Origin: a virus
Strand: one strand, 5' to 3'
DNA length: 64,000 nt
IMG/VR virus record: IMGVR_UViG_3300028571_000830
Coordinates: 52,918 to 116,917 of that record
Shown: piece by piece, positions 59,396 to 64,000 of the stretch
How positions within the stretch are numbered: the stretch's first letter is position 1
Layout: the number at the start of each line of letters is the position of its first letter
Made by a program: the position numbers and the translations under genes
Notes under the pieces: model-generated
Seen by the model: the letters and a program-made list of their open reading frames with translations, nothing else
What the model was told of the DNA's origin: nothing
The model's database searches: none

Positions 59396-59594
59396 TCAAC
59401 ATGTAATCAGAGCTAATAGGAAGAATGGAGTTAATAACCCTGTTCTCACTGTTAAAACTTATAAAGAAAACAAATATGCTCATGATGTAGAAATCATGGG
59501 TCCAAGTAGGATTGTGTATAATGAGGACAAACCTTTAAGTTGTGGTGCACATGTTTGGATTGAAACAAATAGTGAAGTGATAATAATTAAATAA
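59343..59594 (+). CDS. Conserved small protein (start probably MRTIIHVN)
   Basis: IHVNQHVIRAN...PLSCGAHVWIET. Confidence 0.6.
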   Translation: MTLLKLKHKTMRTIIHVNQHVIRANRKNGVNNPVLTVKTYKENKYAHDVEIMGPSRIVYNEDKPLSCGAHVWIETNSEVIIIK

Positions 59595-59598
59595 AATT

Positions 59599-60651
59599 AT
59601 GATACAGGGAAAAAGTAAAACAGAAGCAAACTATCGTGCAATTTATTTAGATAGTTCCAGTTCATTGAAAGACTTTTCAATGGATAGAAGAAAATATCAC
59701 AAGAAATATGTGATGAATGAAGAAGTGACTGAGAAAGAAAACTTAGCTGCTAATATGGGAAGAATTGTAGAAACTCTTCTTATGGAACCAGAAGAGTTTG
59801 ATAGTAGATTTTATCTATCATCATTAGTTTCTGTTCCTACAGGACTGATGTTAGAGTTTGTAGAATCTTTATATAGATATACAGTGGAAGCTACAGATGA
59901 AAAAGGAAACATCACTAGAGACTTTTCTAGCCTTGCACAAGAGGCTTATGTAGAATCAGGATTCAAGATTAAATTTGATGCTGTACTTAATAAGTTTATA
60001 GGTTCTGATGCTGAAATCTATTACAAAGAGATAAGAGAGATAAGAAGTAAGGGATTGACAGTGGTCACTGTACAAGATGTAAGTAATGCTGAGAAGATTG
60101 TAGAAGAACTTAAAAACAATTCTGTAACATCAGGTGTTATTAATCTTATAAACAGTCCTAGATACACTATAAAGAATCAACTTCAAATAGAAGGATATGT
60201 TGTAGATGGGCATCAGTTTAAGTCCATGATGGATAAAGTGGTGACAGATCATAATGAAAGAGCAATACAAATCTATGACCTTAAATGTACATGGAGTGTT
60301 GAGAACTTTTATGAAGAATACTATCTTTATAGAAGAAGCTACATCCAGGCTTATTTATATTGGAAAGCTGGAATTAGTCTAACCACTGATCCTGAAAGTG
60401 AATATTATGATTATGACGTAATGTTTCCTAAATTTATTGTTTGTGACAGCATTAATTATATGAATCCTCTCATTTATGAATTAAATTATAGTGATATGGA
60501 AGATGCTTATTTTGGATTTGAACACAAGGGTAGATATTACAAAGGTGTGAAGGAACTGATTGCAGATCTTACATGGGCTCAAGATAATGATGTATGGAAT
60601 ATATCAAGAGAAAATTCGATTAATAATGGTGTAGTAAGATTAACAAAATAA
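59599..60651 (+). CDS. PD-(D/E)XK exonuclease (RecE/ExoVIII-like)
   Basis: SSSSLK, FKSMMD...IYDLKCT, YIQAYLY. Confidence 0.75.
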   Translation: MIQGKSKTEANYRAIYLDSSSSLKDFSMDRRKYHKKYVMNEEVTEKENLAANMGRIVETLLMEPEEFDSRFYLSSLVSVPTGLMLEFVESLYRYTVEATDEKGNITRDFSSLAQEAYVESGFKIKFDAVLNKFIGSDAEIYYKEIREIRSKGLTVVTVQDVSNAEKIVEELKNNSVTSGVINLINSPRYTIKNQLQIEGYVVDGHQFKSMMDKVVTDHNERAIQIYDLKCTWSVENFYEEYYLYRRSYIQAYLYWKAGISLTTDPESEYYDYDVMFPKFIVCDSINYMNPLIYELNYSDMEDAYFGFEHKGRYYKGVKELIADLTWAQDNDVWNISRENSINNGVVRLTK

Positions 60652-60652
60652 A

Positions 60653-61204
60653 ATGGATATAATAAAGAACATCACTACAATATTCATAGTACCAACATTA
60701 AAAATAGGTAAAGATAAATTACTAATTAATGGTTTTATTAATGGATATATAAGAGATGAATCTCAAGAAACTTCATACAAAGATGCTGTTTATCTATTAT
60801 TTAGACCAACAGACATAAATAGATTTAGAGAGTTTGTAGACGAAGAGTATGAGAGAACAGACCAAGTGATTGAAGATTATACACATGAAAATAAATGTGT
60901 AGTGATTGTATATAAACTTGATCCTAAGTTTAAGAAAGATTTCGATCTTATAAAACTTGGTAAATACTCTCTTACATCTACTAAGTTTCAAGATTTATTT
61001 CCAAAAACAATACATATAACTAAAAATAACATATCTAGAGATGAAATATCTCTACAATATCGTGTATTCAATAAAACAGAAGATATGATTAAATTTTGGG
61101 AAGAAAAGCTTGATGTTATATTTAAAGATGATTATGAAGTGTGGGAAGGATTTTATGATAAAAACGAAGTGTTAAACTTAAATAAAATTAATCAGTATGT
61201 ATAA
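60653..61204 (+). CDS. Hypothetical protein
   Basis: 183-aa ORF. Confidence 0.6.
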   Translation: MDIIKNITTIFIVPTLKIGKDKLLINGFINGYIRDESQETSYKDAVYLLFRPTDINRFREFVDEEYERTDQVIEDYTHENKCVVIVYKLDPKFKKDFDLIKLGKYSLTSTKFQDLFPKTIHITKNNISRDEISLQYRVFNKTEDMIKFWEEKLDVIFKDDYEVWEGFYDKNEVLNLNKINQYV

Positions 61205-61382
61205 TGAAGAAATAGCTAAAGAGTTAAAAGATAAATATGGCAAGGAAGCTATATTACTATATTGCAAAATGGAAAGTTTTAAAAATAGAAAACAAGCTGA
61301 ACAATTAAAATCACCCAATGAGTTTGAACATGAAATTAATTGGTGGGAAAATAAATTAAAAGAATTAGAATCAGAAGTATGA
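61197..61382 (+). CDS. Hypothetical protein
   Basis: 61-aa ORF overlapping both neighbours. Confidence 0.5.
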   Translation: MYNEEIAKELKDKYGKEAILLYCKMESFKNRKQAEQLKSPNEFEHEINWWENKLKELESEV

Positions 61383-61735
61383 AAGCACTAGAATTATTAG
61401 AAAAATATCCAAAAGCAGGAAATATTATCAATAAATGGTTTTTAGATAAAATGCTAAAGTCATTAAACACTGACACTGTTCCTGAAGAGTTTAAAGAATA
61501 CATTAGTAATCAGCCTATTGATAATCAAAACATAGCAGTGATGATTGATAACAATCCTCGTGTGTTATTTGATGTGTTTGATGAAAATAATGTATTTATA
61601 CAGATTAACGTTAATAAAACTTTTTCTTATTCTATTAATGATGGAGATGTTATATCTGGATCGTGGATAATTAGGAAGGATGCTGAAGCTGCAGCAATTG
61701 AACAAGCATTTAAATTATTAGATGAAAAACTATGA
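61379..61735 (+). CDS. Hypothetical protein
   Basis: 118-aa ORF. Confidence 0.6.
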   Translation: MKALELLEKYPKAGNIINKWFLDKMLKSLNTDTVPEEFKEYISNQPIDNQNIAVMIDNNPRVLFDVFDENNVFIQINVNKTFSYSINDGDVISGSWIIRKDAEAAAIEQAFKLLDEKL

Positions 61736-62040
61736 GAAAAATAAGCCAAGATGCATATAATGCATTTATAAACAATAGAAACTTTAAGTCTTCTAATACA
61801 ATAGTCTTAGTAGAAGAAAATAAGACATCAATGTATTTACATAAAAATGAAATTGTTAAACGAGAATTTGGAGAAATATACATTTCTGATGGAGGGTATG
61901 GTACAAGCAATACCACAAGAGATAGATTAAATGCATTTCCAGAAGTTTGGTTATCTTTTAAAAAAGGACAATGGTTTATTGATAAAAGTGTTAAATGGGA
62001 CGGTAAATGGGCAAATGTTAATTTACTTAAAGAAAGATGA
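61732..62040 (+). CDS. Hypothetical protein
   Basis: 102-aa ORF with TTRDRLNA motif. Confidence 0.55.
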   Translation: MRKISQDAYNAFINNRNFKSSNTIVLVEENKTSMYLHKNEIVKREFGEIYISDGGYGTSNTTRDRLNAFPEVWLSFKKGQWFIDKSVKWDGKWANVNLLKER

Positions 62041-62732
62041 AACTATTATCAGTATCTGTTGACAATAAAACTATAAAAGGTGAAAAACTTGGAATCTTAA
62101 CTGGAATTTTATACTTAGCTCCTGCTAATATATCTGGATATGAGGTTTGTCCAATGAGATCTGAAGGATGTACACATTCTTGTTTGTATACAGCAGGTAT
62201 GGGAAAGATTAATACTGTTCAAGCTGCACGTATAAAGAAAACAAAAATGTTCTTTGAGAACAGAGATGAGTTTCTTAAAATACTTAGAGATGATATTAAA
62301 TCTTTAGCCACAAAAGCTAATAGGATTAATATGATTCCAGCAGTTAGATTAAACGGAACATCTGATATTGATTGGACTAGATTTAATATAATAAATCATT
62401 TTCCTAATATACAGTTTTATGACTATACCAAAGTTTTAAATAGACTTTCTAAATCTATTCCTGATAACTACCATCTCACATTTAGTAAAAGTGAAGTTAA
62501 TGATGATGCATGTGTATCAGCTTTAAATCTTGGATTTAATGTAGCTGTGGTATTTAGTACTAAGAAAGGACATCCTCTGCCTGAAAAGTATATGGGTTAT
62601 CCAGTGTACAATGGTGATGAAACAGATGTTAGATTTAAAGATCCTAAAGGAGGTTTTATAATTGGGCTAGTTGCAAAAGGATATGCAAGTAAAGATGAAT
62701 CAGGGTTTGTAGTAAATGTAAATAAATTATGA
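62037..62732 (+). CDS. Phage GP88-family protein (Cx6Cx3C)
   Basis: LYLAPA, CPMRSEGCTHSCLY, RLNGTSDI, FYDYTK, YHLTFS, GDETDVRF. Confidence 0.7.
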   Translation: MKLLSVSVDNKTIKGEKLGILTGILYLAPANISGYEVCPMRSEGCTHSCLYTAGMGKINTVQAARIKKTKMFFENRDEFLKILRDDIKSLATKANRINMIPAVRLNGTSDIDWTRFNIINHFPNIQFYDYTKVLNRLSKSIPDNYHLTFSKSEVNDDACVSALNLGFNVAVVFSTKKGHPLPEKYMGYPVYNGDETDVRFKDPKGGFIIGLVAKGYASKDESGFVVNVNKL

Positions 62733-62959
62733 GAGATGAAATAGTAGAACAAGTGATAGATAAATATTACTTAAGAAGTCAAGTGGGTATCACAAAGTAT
62801 GGTACTACATTAGAAGAAAATAACACTGATGATTTTCTAGAACATGCTTTAGAAGAAGCAATGGATTTTACTTTATATATTATGAAGATAAAATCTATAT
62901 TAAAAGCTAAAGGATATTCTAGATTAGAGGATATACCTGATTTAAAACAACTAATATAA
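62729..62959 (+). CDS. All-alpha NTP pyrophosphatase-like (MazG-like) protein
   Basis: GITKYGTTL...LEHALEEAMDFTLY (ExxEExxD). Confidence 0.5.
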   Translation: MRDEIVEQVIDKYYLRSQVGITKYGTTLEENNTDDFLEHALEEAMDFTLYIMKIKSILKAKGYSRLEDIPDLKQLI

Positions 62960-62990
62960 GAAGAATAGTTAGTTAAAAGTTTTACAAACA

Positions 62991-63022
62991 TTTGGAATAG
63001 AAAGGCAGCATTTGTATCTTTG
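62991..63022 (+). promoter_or_regulatory. Bacteroidota sigma70 promoter for the RNR gene
   Basis: TTTG-N20-TATCTTTG, matching consensus. Confidence 0.65.
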
Positions 63023-63037
63023 CTGTCTTTCTTTTTT
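63000..63037 (+). terminator. Rho-independent terminator overlapping the promoter
   Basis: aaaggcagca/tgctgtcttt stem followed by ctttttt. Confidence 0.6.
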
Positions 63038-63057
63038 AACTTTTTAACAAATATAAT

Positions 63058-64000
63058 ATGGATTTAGGATTACAAATATTAAGTGACGTCACTGTGTTTT
63101 CGAAGTACGCAAAGTACAAATCAGAACTCAAAAGACGAGAAACATGGGATGAAATTGTTGATAGATATCAAACAATGATGATTAAAAAATATCCTAAATT
63201 AGAAGAAGCAATTATAGAAAGTGCTAAATTCATAAGGGATAAGAAGGTGTTACCTTCAATGAGAGCTTTACAGTTTGCAGGACCTGCAATGGAAGTGAAT
63301 AATGCAAGAGGGTACAATTGTGCCTATCTACCTGTTGACAGTCTTTACAGTTTCTCTGAGACTATGTTTCTACTATTAGGAGGAAGTGGTGTAGGATTTT
63401 CTGTACAGAAACATCACGTAGCACAATTACCAACTATCATTAAACAAGACAATTATAAACAACGCACTTATCTAATAGAAGATTCTATTATGGGATGGGC
63501 TGATGCTGTAAAGGTGTTGATGAAGTTTTATTTTGAAGGTGGACATAAGCCTAAATTTGACTTTAGAGCTATCAGACACAAAGGAGCAAGACTTGTTACA
63601 GCTGGAGGTAAAGCACCAGGTCCAGAACCTTTAAAAATATGTCTAATACACATTGACGCCATCATGGAAAGAAAAGCTAATGGAGAACATCTAAGTCCTC
63701 TAGAGTGTCATGATATTATGTGTCACATTGCTAATAGTGTTCTTGCTGGTGGAATTCGTAGAAGTGCTATGATTTCTTTATTCTCTTATGATGACGAAGA
63801 AATGATTACATGTAAATATGGAGCTTGGTGGGAACTAAATGAACAAAGAGGTAGAAGCAACAATTCTGCTGTTCTTAAGAGAGGAGAAATTAGTGAAGAA
63901 GAATTCAATTCTTTGTGGAAACGTATTGAAGCATCAGGAAGTGGTGAGCCAGGAATTTATTGGACTAATGATAAAGAATTTGGCACAAATCCATGCTGCG
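63058..64000 (+). CDS. nrdJ: Class II (adenosylcobalamin-dependent) ribonucleotide reductase, partial
   Basis: Open at the edge: SKYAKY...RRETW, LPSMR, YNCA, LLLGGSGVGFSV, GGIRRSA, GEPG, GTNPCC. Confidence 0.88.
   Translation, partial: MDLGLQILSDVTVFSKYAKYKSELKRRETWDEIVDRYQTMMIKKYPKLEEAIIESAKFIRDKKVLPSMRALQFAGPAMEVNNARGYNCAYLPVDSLYSFSETMFLLLGGSGVGFSVQKHHVAQLPTIIKQDNYKQRTYLIEDSIMGWADAVKVLMKFYFEGGHKPKFDFRAIRHKGARLVTAGGKAPGPEPLKICLIHIDAIMERKANGEHLSPLECHDIMCHIANSVLAGGIRRSAMISLFSYDDEEMITCKYGAWWELNEQRGRSNNSAVLKRGEISEEEFNSLWKRIEASGSGEPGIYWTNDKEFGTNPCC

Overview
AT-rich segment of a crAss-like (Crassvirales-type) Bacteroidota phage genome read in the standard genetic code, with two divergent arms meeting at about 27.65 kb. 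The minus arm (1-27.6 kb) is the virion/packaging block in crAss order: HU/IHF-like and small genes, terminase large subunit with an Ala1 class-3 LAGLIDADG intein, portal, scaffold-like protein, major capsid protein, ring, auxiliary capsid and hub-like proteins, a tail-collar fibre, two free-standing HNH endonucleases, a metallophosphoesterase, and a muzzle/stabilization protein running off the left edge. The plus arm has small early genes interleaved with structured non-coding elements and two atypical tRNA-like genes. It then carries PolB, a DnaB-like helicase split by a group I intron (GIY-YIG), an SF2 helicase, AAA ATPase/SSB, primase, DUF932, a UDG variant, rIIA (group I intron, LAGLIDADG), rIIB, a PD-(D/E)XK nuclease, GP88 and a class II RNR running off the right edge. 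The best candidates for something undescribed are non-coding: a 170-nt tRNA(Leu)-like RNA whose anticodon loop is replaced by a multibranch domain, a tRNA-Asp(GUC) with a long variable arm, a duplicated multi-stem RNA motif in the early region, and a structured RNA downstream of the capsid gene. All calls come from reading the sequence and recognising motifs; no database searches were run.
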